A stretch of 61,594 bases of DNA, the filler included, from Asterionella formosa (lineage: Eukaryota), in NCBI GenBank assembly GCA_002256025.1. It is 4 parts of 4 records of this genome, joined end to end, with 100 filler letters (N's around TTAATTAATTAA, not from the genome) between each part and the next. Parts side by side here need not be neighbours in the genome. Positions count along the whole stretch, not along the records: positions 15,446 to 30,777 come from NKIB01005494.1; positions 30,878 to 46,184 come from NKIB01005507.1; 2 more parts are not named here. The stretch is one strand, 5' to 3'. The notes under the pieces were generated by a model that ran no database searches, had not been told where the DNA came from, and saw only the letters and a list, made by a program, of their open reading frames with translations. A program made the translations under genes and the position numbers. Position 1 is the stretch's first letter. The number at the start of each line of letters is the position of its first letter. Shown here piece by piece: positions 26,680 through 39,603 of the stretch.

Positions 26680-27270
26680 TACCATGGCAGACCACGTCCC
26701 GGCATTGAACAAGTTTATGATCATGAATGATATCACGGCTGGTGTGTACCAGGTGTACCAGTTACCAGGTACATACAAATAAATCATTCAGCTTTCTGCA
26801 TTCATTCGTTCATTCGTCACTCATATGTAGCTGCATACGTGTTTACGATGACATCATCGCAATGTGTATGTGTGACGACTTCTTACTGTATGTGTGTTTT
26901 CCGTCTAACGTACCTGGTACAGGGTACCAGGTACCCTGGTACCGGTAGTCCAACCAACGCTTCGTCACAGTATGTAATGTGGTTCTGCCTGTCTGGGTTT
27001 GTTATCCAGTTTTTACCTTTCTTGTGTTTCTTCTTGTGGTTCGCTATGTATATAAATAGTGATTAAAAACTGTAGACTAGTCTACTTTACCAGGTCAAGG
27101 TACCGTGGTATATACGACTCCAAGTTATTAAATTTATTACATTACTATCACAGGCTGGCCAACGAATAAGAATACCGGTAGATATTCCAGCGAATTATTG
27201 TGACACTCTTTCGCTGTCTTATTTATGGCGGTGGTCTCGGTGAACACGATAACTTCCCGTCCACAGCCCC

Positions 27271-28712
27271 ATGAAGTCACTTATTCACACCATTTTCCTC
27301 CTAGCCACCATGAAGACGGTCGCCGCACTCCCCACTCCAAAGAACATTGTGGTGGTTGGAGGTGGCATCCAGGGCACTTCAGTTGCCTACCATCTCGCCA
27401 AGGTAGCTTCGAAGGAAACCACCATTACAATTTTGGAAGCCAAGGCCCCCGCATCAGCCGCTTCTGGAAAAGGTGGTGGCTTCATGGCACGATCTTGGGG
27501 AAATGGAACTCCGACGCAACGATTGCATGAATTGGCCTTTGACATGTATGGCGATTTGGCCACAGAGCTTGGTTGCGTTTCCTATCGAAAGTTGCCTGTG
27601 CTTTCAGTATCTCCTGGGTACAAGGGAGTCGACGCAGCGCGCAAAGACAAACAAATTGGACCCCTAATGCCAAACTGGCTGGATGGACAAGTCGGAAGGA
27701 TTTCGGCCATGGGTTATGGAGATGATACAGCCCAAGTAACACCATTGGAATTTGTCACGCGAATGCTGGATGTCACTTCAGATCGAGTGAGTGTTGTGAT
27801 GGGTACTTGCACAGGTGTTGAAACGGATCAAGGATCCGAAAGGGCAAGTAGAAAGGTCACAGCTGTTAAGTATATACCACGAGAGACCGACGAAGAAGCC
27901 ATTCTACCTGCTGATGTAATTGTTGTCTCAGCTGGACCCTGGAGCTGTGCAGCAGAAGAATGGTTTCATGGAGCAGTCGAAGTTCCAATGGAGGGCATTA
28001 AGAGCACAAGCATTGTATGGAAGAAAACAGAAGGAGAAGAAAATGTTGATGCCACTGCATTGTTTTGTGGTGAACACGCACAATTTGGAACTCATTGTAC
28101 GTTTTCGATTCCTTTGTATTGCTTTATTTCAGATTGAACAGGTGACTAACAGCATTAAATGGAAATATCTTCAGTGGAAGTTTATCCCCGACCAGATGGA
28201 ACAATTTATATTTGTGGGATAGGAGGATCAGATTACATTTCCAAAGATGAGCTTAAAACTGGTGCATTCAGGGAAGTTTGTGATGCCAAACAATCTCGAG
28301 TTGAAGCAGCATCAGGTGCCTTTCAGGAAATGTCATCGCTCTACTCAAAAATTGGAGAGTTGGATCGTGTTCAAGCATGTATGAGACCTTGTCCACCAGA
28401 TGCCTTGCCATACATGGGAAGAATACCTGGATTTGAAGGTGCATTTATCAATGCCGGTCACAACTGCTGGTATGTTTGCATGTCACTTGTTTTATCTGTT
28501 TATTGCGTGGGCCTAATCAACTGTTGCTTTTCTTGCAAAGGGGAATTGCTTGGGCCCCAGCTTGTGGAAAGGCAATGGCAGAACTTGTACTGGAGGGTGA
28601 TTGCACAAGTATTAACCTCAAACCCTTTGACCCAGCACGATTCACTCCATTATCTGGTCGAGGTGGCCGAGGACGAAAACGAGGTGAAACTGATGTTGGG
28701 GAGCAATGGTAG
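27271..28712 (+). CDS. FAD-dependent oxidoreductase (DAO family, Tda3/Btn3-like), 3 exons, N-terminal signal-like sequence
   Basis: VVGGGIQG Rossmann motif, ASGKGGGF, EVYPRPDG, QACMRP and AGHNCW-GIAWAP. Introns at about 28098-28174 and 28470-28540. Confidence 0.87.
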
Positions 28713-30777
28713 ATTCTTTTATATTTGAGTTGAATGTACAATGCAGAAAGGAGTACCATCAAGCCACCCATTTCAAGATAAGGTATGCAGGAAGAGACAT
28801 TGTTGCTTTGCATGGTATGTAACATGGCCAAAGGTGCTCTGGTTAAGTGCACCCCTGCTCCAAGATGATTAAACCCATATCAAAATCTCCCACTTATGAG
28901 AGTTTTTGTCAAGCGATAGAGATATTTTTGTCATGACTCAGGAACATGTGAAGAGTACTTTCAGCCACAATCCAAATTGCACATTAATACTGGGTGCCTC
29001 AACCTAGATAGACTATTGGAAGTATCATAACTTGAAGAGCTGCCATTGACATTGTGCTTCCCATTAGCCAACAATTAAATAGGCAGTATTCCAAGAGTTC
29101 TCTACGACATCATGGTCCTACATCAAAGAAAATGAATATTATCTTTATCTATACATCCATAATCTGTATCTATTGTCTACATTGGACCAAATTTAGAAAC
29201 TATCCTTACCTACATAGAACAAGGTTGTGATAAATTGAGATAACTCCTGCTATCAGGACTTTCTCTCCAAGGCATCTATCTAGCTTGCAAGTTAGTTACT
29301 GCCTTTGTTCGAGAATAGAAGGGGTAAAATTAACACATGCAATAGCATGAGGTGCAAATAATTAATCTTTCCGAACAGCCTAATAGACTCAAATTTTGTT
29401 ATGAACCTAATATTGTATACATATTATGTACATACAAATCAATTGCAAAGGTAATTTTTGTTGTTGCATCACAGTGGAAAAAGTTGTTAAGCTGGAATTC
29501 ACTATTTCTACACCAAAAGTAGTCAGGCAAATGCAACTTACATTTAAGTGGTTGAGGATCATTTGCTGAATTCAATGAGGCAGCAATAATAACGTCCGCA
29601 AATAAAAAGTATCATGCACATAGGATCAAGGGCATTGTACGCTAAGTGGCACAGGATTTTCGTATGTATGATAATCATATATATGATAATTTTTGGATCA
29701 AAACTATGATCAAGGTATCCTATAACTAGGATGATTTATTAATATTTTACCGACCTTGAAGTATAATGATAATCAGAACATTATCATCACACAATGTATA
29801 TCAACTGATCAACAACATTACTCATCATCATCATAAACCTTCTCATATTATTTTCAATTTTCGTGATTGCCCCATGTAAATTATTACTACAACGCATCCT
29901 AAAATCAGCTCAACTCTATGCTATCATGTGAATTGTTTCATCGTAAATCTATCGTAAACATGATCATAATTCTAATCACAAGCATTTTTCAAAAAGGATT
30001 GGAATGGATCGTAATTTAATTAACAAATTTAACAATGATAGTTCTGTTTTGTCAGCTACTACCCAAGGAAGCAATGTTTCTCTCCTCTCCACTCGTTACA
30101 ATGTATATTGTTCCTGTCTCGCCCTTTTCTTCCTCTTTTCTGAATCTTGTGCCAAGCAATGCCTTACTAATGTTGCATCTCTCTCCCTGCTGTAAGTGTC
30201 ATTCTGAACTCGCCGACTATTCGGTTGATTGATTGGTTTTATTCCTCTATGCAGTTACAGTAACAATGAGAAGGAACAATTTGTTAGCTAGACATGTTAC
30301 ACTGACACAACATCACGCCATTCCATCGTATACTCTTGCTTGCTTCACTTACCACAGCCAAATCAAAGCAAGTGATGCATAAGTCTGTTATATCAAATTG
30401 TCAGAAGTAAGTTCTTGAATAAGTAAGTTTCTGGTTTCCAATGTTGTCGATTAAAACTTACCGATTCATTTTTGTTAGCTTAACTTTGAGAGAAGGTAAA
30501 CGTGGCGTGTCCGTCAGTTATGTTCCATCAGAAGTGAATAGGTCCAATGACAAGAGCACTTACCAATTTTTTTGATTTACATTGGTGCTCCCCAACAAGC
30601 GAAACGAGCTGTTGAATCAACTGAGAAAAAAGGGAATGTGTTAATTATATTATTTGTTGTTGTCCTGCCTCCCAATGATTGTCATCCAAGTACCACATTG
30701 ATGGCTTCATTACCTTAAACATACTCCATCCTTCGAAGGCGCAATGTGTTGAAGCCACAATGTTTTTCGTTATTGCG

Positions 30778-30877
30778 NNNNNNNNNNNNNNNNNNNNNNN
30801 NNNNNNNNNNNNNNNNNNNNNTTAATTAATTAANNNNNNNNNNNNNNNNNNNNNNNNNNNNNNNNNNNNNNNNNNNN
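30778..30877. other. Artificial contig linker
   Basis: N..TTAATTAATTAA..N. Confidence 0.97.
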
Positions 30878-32149
30878 CAGAATCCTAGTGATACCTCCTT
30901 CTTCAGCAATTGCTATCCTGTTCTTATCATCATTCACAGTCAGGTTCCAAAGTGCTGCACAACCATAGTGCTGCACATCCACATTTGAGGAATGATTCCT
31001 CATTGCAGACAGAATCATAGTGATACCTCCTGCTTCAGCAATTGCTATCCTGTTCTTGTCATCATTAACAGCCAAATTCCAAAGTACTGCACAACCATAG
31101 TGTTGCACATCCACATTGGTAAAATGAATGTTCACTGCAGACAGAATCGTAGTGATACCTCCTGCTCCAGCAATTGCTATCCTATTCTTATCATCATTCA
31201 CAGTCAAGTTCCAAAGTACTGCACAACCATAGAATTGCACATAGACATTGGTAAAATGAATCTTCATTGCAGACAGAATCGTAGTGATACCTCCTTCTTC
31301 AGCAATTGCTATCCTGTTCTTATCATCATTCACAGCCAAGTTCCAAAGTACTGCACAACCATAGTGTTGCACATCCACATTGGTAAAATGATTCTTCATT
31401 GCAGACAGAATTGTAGTGATACCTCCTGCTTCAGCAATTCCTATCCTGTTCTTATCATCATTCACAGTCAAGTTCCAAAGTGCTGCACAACCATAGTGCT
31501 GCACATCCACGTTTGAGGAATGATTCCTCATCGCAGAAAGAATCAAATTAATACCTCCTGCTTCAGCAATTGCTATCCTGTTCTTGTCATCATTCTTCAT
31601 CGCAGACAGAATCATAAAGATACCTCCTGCATCAGCAATCACCACCTGGTTGTTACCATCATTCACAGCCAATTTCCAAAGTGCTGCACAACAATAGTTT
31701 TGCACATCCACATTAGAAGAATGAGTATTCATTGCAGAAAGGATTGTAGCAATACCTCCTTCTGCAGCAATCATCTCCTTGTTGATGTTATTATTCGTAG
31801 CCAAGTTCACAAGCTCCATGAGACTTTCTGTTTGAATGTCAGCATTCTGCTCATTCCTTTGCATCTTTGAAAGAATTGCAGCAATCGAAGACGAACTTGA
31901 GGTGGCAGTAGGCCATTCATGATCGCATATGGGGCAGCTGACTCGCTGAAACCTCTTTTTGCGAAGCTGAACGTCTGGATGATGAGGACAGAATCCACTC
32001 TTATGGTACTTTACTTGTTCGCCATACTCGCTCGTATTTGGAGCATCATGGGTAGGGACGTATGAAAATGCAGGTGAGAGAATCGGCATGTTTGATTTGT
32101 TCTCGTTGATTTGGCTGCTTGTTTTATCGCATTTGTGATGAAACGCCAT
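30878..32149 (-). CDS. Armadillo-repeat protein (43-aa repeats), 3' end lost in gap
   Basis: Near-identical 129-bp units encoding IAEAGGITTILSAMKNH..NVDVQHYGCAALWNLAVNDDKNR. N-terminal CPHHP..CPIC motif. Confidence 0.85.
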
Positions 32150-32701
32150 TTTCGTTGTGGTCGTGTTTGTAATTCTTCAGTCTCTACTACCGGTCGTTGA
32201 ATTCTACATGCAAGCTCCACATTCATTAAGTCATCATCACTACCGGTATACCGGAACTTTTGTCGATCATGCATTCCGGTATATGTTTGTATGCACTAAC
32301 GGTACATTATATACCATACCAGGGTACCTGTACCTGGTACTGGTACCAGTGAAGAACTCCTATGACCCACTGAGTTCTCCCATTCGTTTGATTAGTTCGA
32401 CTAAACCTTGTCCATGCCTTGCGAGAATCAAACTTCCAGCAAGTTGCGGAAATTTTGCTTCTAGTGCTACCTACTTCGTCGTCCCGGCAATATGGTGATT
32501 CCACTTTCAAGTTGATGCATGTGTATCTCTTTGACGGCCGTTTGATTAATCAACCAGCCGGCTTGTTGTTCTGAATTATATCTAGAATGATTTTATTTTA
32601 AGCCTAAAATATTGAGACAAATCTATTTTGCTTATTCTGCCATTTGCTTCCATTGATTTTGCTTAAAGTAGGACCATTTTGCTTAAAGTAGGTTTACTTA
32701 A

Positions 32702-33880
32702 GGTTGCTGCATTTGAAACCCTAGGCAAAAATTAAAATAATGCTTAGGGTTGCCAAAATTCCCTAAAATTAAGCTATATTTGAATGACGTGATTCCATTT
32801 GAAATATTTAAATCACTGGAAATTTGCAATTACATACATAGATTCCTTTTCGAAATTGCTAAATATATATATAAACACCCTTAGTAGTCGCTGTATGTAT
32901 ATATACCCTAGAAATACGATCAACATACATGCATGGACACTCTATACTCCGATTAAAGATTTTATATGCTATGCATTGAATCCGTTCATATATGTATTTA
33001 TATTCTACATGGCTTAATGTGCATATACCAGTACTACAATCAATACCCTGATCGACGACTATGTGTCATGTATATGACCTGGCGGCTCGGCAAATATTTG
33101 AAAATGCACTCAAGGAGCGGTACACGTATGTCCAATGATGATCATCTACTGGTACCCGTTGTGAATATAGCACCGGACTGTCAGTACACCCAAGAAAATG
33201 TTACATGTTTATCCAATATGGCCGGTGTGGGGTTGCAAGACCTCGCAAACCAGGCCAATCAAACAGAGGATTGAACGTCACGCTCACCAATCATATAATA
33301 TATGTGGAAGTGGGTACTTACAATGATATTTTTCGGACAGGAGATTTGAGGACTAAATATTCCGGCACACGACTACCATTCCAATGATGACGTTTCGGCA
33401 CTTAATAATTCTGATTCCGATATTTTGGCGACCGTAGAAACGGCCGATTTTGTCGAGTTTTTGGACGACGATAGCTAAACATTGGCTGGGTCTGACGGCG
33501 ATTTAGATACATAGGTAACTTTCAAATAGCATCAGTATATAACTTCTGACAAGAAACTGCAGAAAGGAACTTCTTTTTTTACTATGCCAAATAAACAGAT
33601 TTCCCCCGAATTTTCGAGTCGTTTTAGCATAGCTAAAAAACCGAAGTTCCTTTCTGCAGTTTCTGACCAGATCCTATATACTGACGATATATTGAGTGAA
33701 CCTACACCCCTATTTTGTCCGAAGACTGTATTTTATCACATGGAAAGTGTGTGTATTGGTGAAAGCTCCGTTTAGCGTTATACATTTTTAATTTATATGT
33801 GAAAAGTAGGTGTTTGATAAGTCTGACTGAATATTATTTTCTGAACCCTACCTCGAGCTAGGGGTTCAAATGCAGCAACT
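32702..33880 (+). mobile_element. Non-autonomous Kolobok-like element A1 (internal-deletion derivative)
   Basis: TTAA|GGTTGCTGCATTTGAAACCCTAG ... CTAGGGGTTCAAATGCAGCAACT|TTAA. Its 3' part is homologous to 43041-43720. Confidence 0.88.
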
Positions 33881-33914
33881 TTAAAGTAGTTTTGCTTAAA
33901 GTAGGTTTGCTTAA

Positions 33915-34326
33915 GGTTCCTGAATTTGATCCCCTAACTCGAGGTAGGGTTTAAAAAAAATAATATTGAGTCAGAGTAGTCAAACCCACACTTCTTACGA
34001 GAAAAACGTAAATGTCTATCGCTAAACGGAGCTTTCACCAATATACACCCTTTCCATATGCTTAGATACAGTCTTCTGACAAATTAGGGGTATAGATCAA
34101 CGCTGTATATCGTCAGGATATAGGATCTGGCGAGAAACTGTTAATGTATATACTTATTGAATTCGAAAAGGAATCTGTGTATGTACGCGCAAATTTCCAG
34201 TGATTTAAATATTTCAAATGGAATCACGTCATTCAAAATTAACTCATAAAAATTCTTAGTTCCAGGGAATTTCGGCAACCCTAAGAAATATTTTAATTTT
34301 TGCCAAGGGGTTCAAATGCAAGAACC
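33915..34326 (-). mobile_element. Non-autonomous Kolobok-like element A2 (412 bp, opposite orientation to A1)
   Basis: TTAA|GGTTCCTGAATTTGATCCCCTA ... GGGGTTCAAATGCAAGAACC|TTAA. Confidence 0.88.
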
Positions 34327-34849
34327 TTAAAGTAGTTTTGCTTAAAGTAGTTTTGCTTAAAGTAGCAGTTTTGCTTAATGTGTGATGTCACCATTTCATC
34401 CCTTCACTGCCATCACACCCACCTACTACTGGTACCTGTCGTAATATAATCATATTATACCGGCAAACACAAAGACAGGTAAGAGTTAGTATTATAGACG
34501 AAGGAAACAGGGGATGTGCACGAAGCCTGCATTGAAACCTCAAAAAACAGGAAAGATCGGAATACAGGCAGGCTGAGGAAAATTGAGCAACCACTGGAGT
34601 CAATTAAAAAATACCTACCAAAAATTGAAGATGAAGTTCGAAAGCAAGCTAGCGACATGTAAACCACGCAAGAAGAAGGTCATGGAAGTGTCGATCTGCC
34701 AGAGAACAACCATGCCGAGGGTTCAAGGCAGAAAGCTCACAATTCTGCGAATTAGCTTACGACAAACGCAAATCGTTGATCACCAAGCCTTGCAAATTTA
34801 TAGTCTTTAGATAAAAATTCACCCACCCGGACAGCCACCCACGGCTAAA

Positions 34850-35834
34850 GTGCAAAACTCGACTGCAGCTATGGGAAACCCGGAGGAAAGGAACTACCCA
34901 AGCTACTTAGAACCAAATTCAAAAAATCAACTATGAGTCTAGATTAGTTGGCGCAACAAATCAACCTCAACAAAGAATCAGAAGAGGAATAAAGGAACAT
35001 TTGCAGAAAAGGCAGTCGGATGAGTCGGTAATCGAGTCGAAGTAACTTCGTGATATAATATAGAGTCAAACAAAATATATTTTCAAACAATCCCATAATG
35101 CATCAGTGATTCCATGAACAAATTTAACAAAACAAAATCGCCTGTCCTTTCCTTCCAACACACCATGCCCCCTCTCTCTGCTTCCGACTTTCTTAATCTG
35201 GGCTTTCTTCATGCAGGATTCGATAAGAATAAGAATGAAAGAACTTGCGATGCAACGAAACTTCGACGATTTCGTTCATTCTTTGGTCTCAGTCCACAGA
35301 GTTGCAGTAGTCCTCAACGTCCAATACCCACGGAACAATCAAAGTGGAACATTCGCATTTCGTGTGAACAAAATCGTTGTGAAATCCGATTTGAAAGAAG
35401 TTTTGACCATCCTGAAACCACTATTCGATGTATGTGATTCCAAGTTGGTCTAGATGGTGCTTCATGAAAATGGTCGTGGGATCACAATCACAGAGCTGTG
35501 TGTGCCGATGTTCATGGTTCAGCAGGTGAACGAGATTTACTAACTTGAAATGGAATCAGAGTTTTGCGAACCTACCATGCATGCTCATAAAGTAGCTGCA
35601 ACAAAGATTAGAAGCAAAGATGATCGTTTTGAAAAGCACACTGATTTCTTTTTCCCTGATGGAATCAAGTGCTCTTTCGAGCATTTCAATGTTGCAGCGA
35701 AGTTGAAAGCGAGGTACCGGATGTTGGAAGTGCCTATCTCTAATGATACCGGATCAAGACTTCCATTGAAACAACTTGTGTCCTTTCACATGTGGAAGTT
35801 GATTATCATTGGAGAGGTCAAGCAGCTTGGATAG
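34850..35834 (+). pseudogene. Possible degenerate PIF/Harbinger (ISL2EU-like) element remnant
   Basis: MPPLSASDFLNLGFLHAGF..TKLRRFRSFFGLSPQSC resembles, from memory, the N-terminus of diatom DDE_Tnp_4 transposases. It is fused to unrelated broken ORFs, and no TIRs were found. Confidence 0.35.
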
Positions 35835-38089
35835 CTCGAGATTTCTTCTGATGAAGACAACCTTACAGAAGCCCACAACCGTTTGTCTAGAATGGTGATA
35901 GGAAAGAAGTGATACTAGATAAGAAATGATGATATTAACTTTCTTTCATTCATTACTATTAGGAATTGCATTCATTGATTCATTGCTAGCGGAACTTTTA
36001 GCTGGCTACAATAATTGTTTGGACACCAGCTCTACTGATGAAACTCTCAGGCCATTTTCGTCTATCAACAACCATGACGATGAGGATGGGATGTCAAATG
36101 ATTTGGGTTTACAGCATCTGGAATCTTCTATGCTCAATCCTGATAAACAAAAAGAAAATGACAAACATGGGCAGGGTGGAAAGAGTCAACATGAGGTCAT
36201 CAAGAATGGTGCAAGTATTTCAACTTACAGTTTCAACCCTGCTGCATTGGAACACTATGTACCCATCCGAAACACGAAGAACAAGAGAAAACGAAAGGAG
36301 GAAAAAATTGGTGGTCGCAGAATGTGGTGGCAATATACAACGATACAGCTGTCGAAGAACAGGCTTCCATCAAATGCGTTCGCGGCAGTGACATCAGTTA
36401 AAGCGGTAAACGTACCAATGCCAACAACACAAATGTTACAAATACCACAACTTAGAAGTTGCGATGATGTAGGGATACCAGAATAGAAAGCCGAAGTCTC
36501 AAATTGCAATACTGGTACCATAGCCAGTAAATTACTTTCCTTCTCTATTAGTGAGGCAGGCAGCTATACTGGTATGTACATATGAAAGAAGGTTCACCGT
36601 TATACCGGTAGGTATGTTTGTCTACCGGTACATAGTTTTAGCAGCCAGAATATGAATTAAGGACTTCTACCGGTTTAAAAAAATATTGCTTAAAGTACCG
36701 GTAGTTTTGCTTAAGGTTCCTGCATTTCAACCCTAGTTTAGAGGTAGGGTTAAAAATATAATATTGAGTCAGAGTACTCAAACACACACTTCTTACAAGT
36801 AAAACATAAATGTACATCGCTAAACGGAGCTTTCACCAATACACACACTTTCCATATGCTTAAATACAGTCATTGACAAAAGTAGGGGTATAGGTCAATG
36901 CTATATATTGTCAGGATATAGGATCTGGCGAGAAACTGTTATGAATCACCTCTTTACATGACGTGTCAATATGTGTCTGTGTCTGTTTGTCTGACAGTAC
37001 CCATGCATCTTATTTAAATCATCGTTCTTCTATATCAACTTAATCTAATCTCTCTTTTAACAAACACACCTTCCAATCTCCTTTTGAGCTTGTCAGGTTA
37101 GTTATTGGACTCCCCTCCTCCATCGTCTCCTTGTTCATCAACCTCGTCGATCTCTCTCGTCCCCTCCTTCACTGCAGGTTATGAGCCCAAGCCGTTTCCT
37201 TGAAAGAAACGAAATTGTTGATTGATAATTCGATCTCACTGTCGGCGCCGATCACAAAATCTCGTTCGCATTCGATTGTTTTCACATCATTCATTTGGCT
37301 GCTACATCTGTCTATCTATAAACTACACTACACAGCAGAAGTAGACAAGTGTATTGAGTAATCTTTATCAAAAGAGTGCTATTTGGCATTCAAAGGTTGC
37401 CTGCTTTTCATTCGCAACACATCGTCAACGGCGTTTTTCTTTTTTCGTCGTGAATCGTTTTCATATCTTCACACTATTTTGGCTACGAAAATACTCTACT
37501 GTAAACGATCATCTGTGCACGAGTGTTTCATAAGTACTGTTTACCAGTTACCACAATACTACTCCGGTAGTTCGTTCTCGTTTGAGTCAGATCTTCCGCT
37601 ACGGAATTATTACACTACGTGGTGATCGTCGTTCGTAATCGCAAACCCTACGCACTACTTTGTTGCACTATTGATCTACAGTACATCGATAGTTGCCGGC
37701 TACGGGGTTTATCTAACTGGGTGTCGTGCGGTTCACTTGTGAACCAGAAGCACCGAGGACAATCGACCGTACAGACCTACGTAGTGCAATCTACTTCATT
37801 GCACAACCGAATCGCCGATCGTCTCATCCACAGCACCATCCACGTACAGTAAGCATACCAAGCTTCCGTACAGTGACAGGCTACACTACCGTACTTACTT
37901 AATTACCGGTATTACTGCGTACAAGGTACCAGGTACATATTCCGCCGTACCAGCTGTACCGGTACTCGAGACTTCCTCAAGTACTCCGAAGCTCCGAAGT
38001 ATCAGAGTACCTGTTACATACTCCGTACCAGGTACCAGGTAGTAGTATTTATTGAATATATGAGCTTATTTGTTAATCCTTGTGTGTAA

Positions 38090-39603
38090 CTCGTTCTCTA
38101 AGTCGACTTCCAAACCATCTTTCTCCACCAATTTAATTCTAATTTTTATCAATCATAGTATTCGATGAACAACACGACATCAATGGCGTCATAATGAATG
38201 TCGATGTACTAAGAACGAATATATTTTGATCAAATTGTTCATCAGGATGTGAAATAAAATTTTCGGTGCTTGTGGACTGATTGTAATTGCTGTGGAAACA
38301 AAAATTCCTAACCATCTTGCTCCACCATTTTAAGGCTGATTTCTATCTAGAAAAGTATTCGATGTACACGAGATCAATGCCGACATATATTGATCAAATT
38401 GGTCATCAGGATGTGTACAATTTCGGTTCTTGTGGACTGCTGCATGACCAGTATTCCAAACCAGCCATCTTTCTCCACTAATTTAAGACCGATTTCTATC
38501 AAGCAAAGTATTCGATGTAAAGGAGATCAAAGTTTTCATGGACAATGTCGATATTCTCAGATTGAACATATATTGATCAATGGAGACATCAGGATGAGTA
38601 AAATTTTCGTATGCTTGCAATCAGTGCTGTGGCAACAAGAATTCCAAACCTCCTTTCTCCAACCAGCAATTTAAAGCCGATTTTTATCAAACATAGTATT
38701 CGATGTACAAAAGATCAATGCTGTCATTTCGAATGTCGATATTCTCAGAACGGACATATATTGATCAAAGGAGACATCAGGATGTGTAAATTCACTGTGC
38801 TTGTGGACTGATCATTAGCCAGTGCAGTAGAAACAAAAATTCCAGACCATCTGTCTCCACCAATTGAAGGCCGATTTCTATCAAGCATAGTATTCGATGT
38901 ACACGAGATCACTGCCATCATTTAGAATATCGATATTCTCAGAACGAACATATATAAATCGAAATGGTCATCAGCCAAGAAGGTGTGTAAATTTCCGGTG
39001 CTTGCTGTGGACTGCTGCATGACCAGTGCTGTTGCAACGGAAGTTCCGAACCATCTTGCTCCACCATTTTATGGCTGATTTCTATCTAGCATAGCTAGTA
39101 TTCGATGTACGCTAGATCAATACCGTCATGGCGAATGGCGATATTCTCAGAATGAACATATAGTGATCAAATTGGTCATCGGGAAGGTTTGTAAAATCTC
39201 GGTGCTTGCTGTGGACTGAACATCAGTGCTGTGGCCAATTTATATCCAGCATAGTATTCGATGTACATGAGATGAGTGCCGTCATTTCGAATATCGATAT
39301 TCTCAGAACGAACATATATTGATCAAATTAGTCATCAAGATGTGTAAAAATTTCGGTTCTTGTGGACTGCTGCATGACCAGTATTCCAAACCATCTTCCT
39401 CCACCAATGTAAGGCCGATTTCTATCCAGCATAGTATTCGATGTACACGAGAGCATTGCCGGCATTTCGAATATCGATATTCTCAGAATGAACATATATT
39501 GATTCAATTGGTCATCAGGATATGAAATAAATATTCGTTGCTTGTGGACTGATCATAAGTACTGTGGCAACAAAACTTCCATACCTCCTTTCTCCACCAA
39601 TTT
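38090..39603. repeat. Degenerate tandem repeat, about 190-bp unit, about 8 copies
   Basis: tattcgatg..gatattctcagaa..ttgatcaaa..cttgtggactg..ctccacca recurs near 38159, 38356, 38509, 38697, 38891, 39099, 39255 and 39435. Confidence 0.9.

Larger units (their letters stand above)
32657..34378. repeat. 15-bp tandem repeat TTAAAGTAGTTTTGC (about 8 units) interrupted at two TTAA sites by elements A1 and A2
   Basis: Units at 32657-32701, 33881-33914 and 34327-34378, with a further copy at 36686-36714. Confidence 0.88.

Noticed and set aside
32657..34378. CRISPR-like reading of short repeats separated by inserts
   Set aside because: The repeats are 15-bp tandem units and the inserts are TIR transposons. 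The context is eukaryotic with no cas genes.
35926..36486. 186-aa ORF between A2 and A3
   Set aside because: No recognisable domain, and it sits among broken ORFs. Cannot be supported as a gene.
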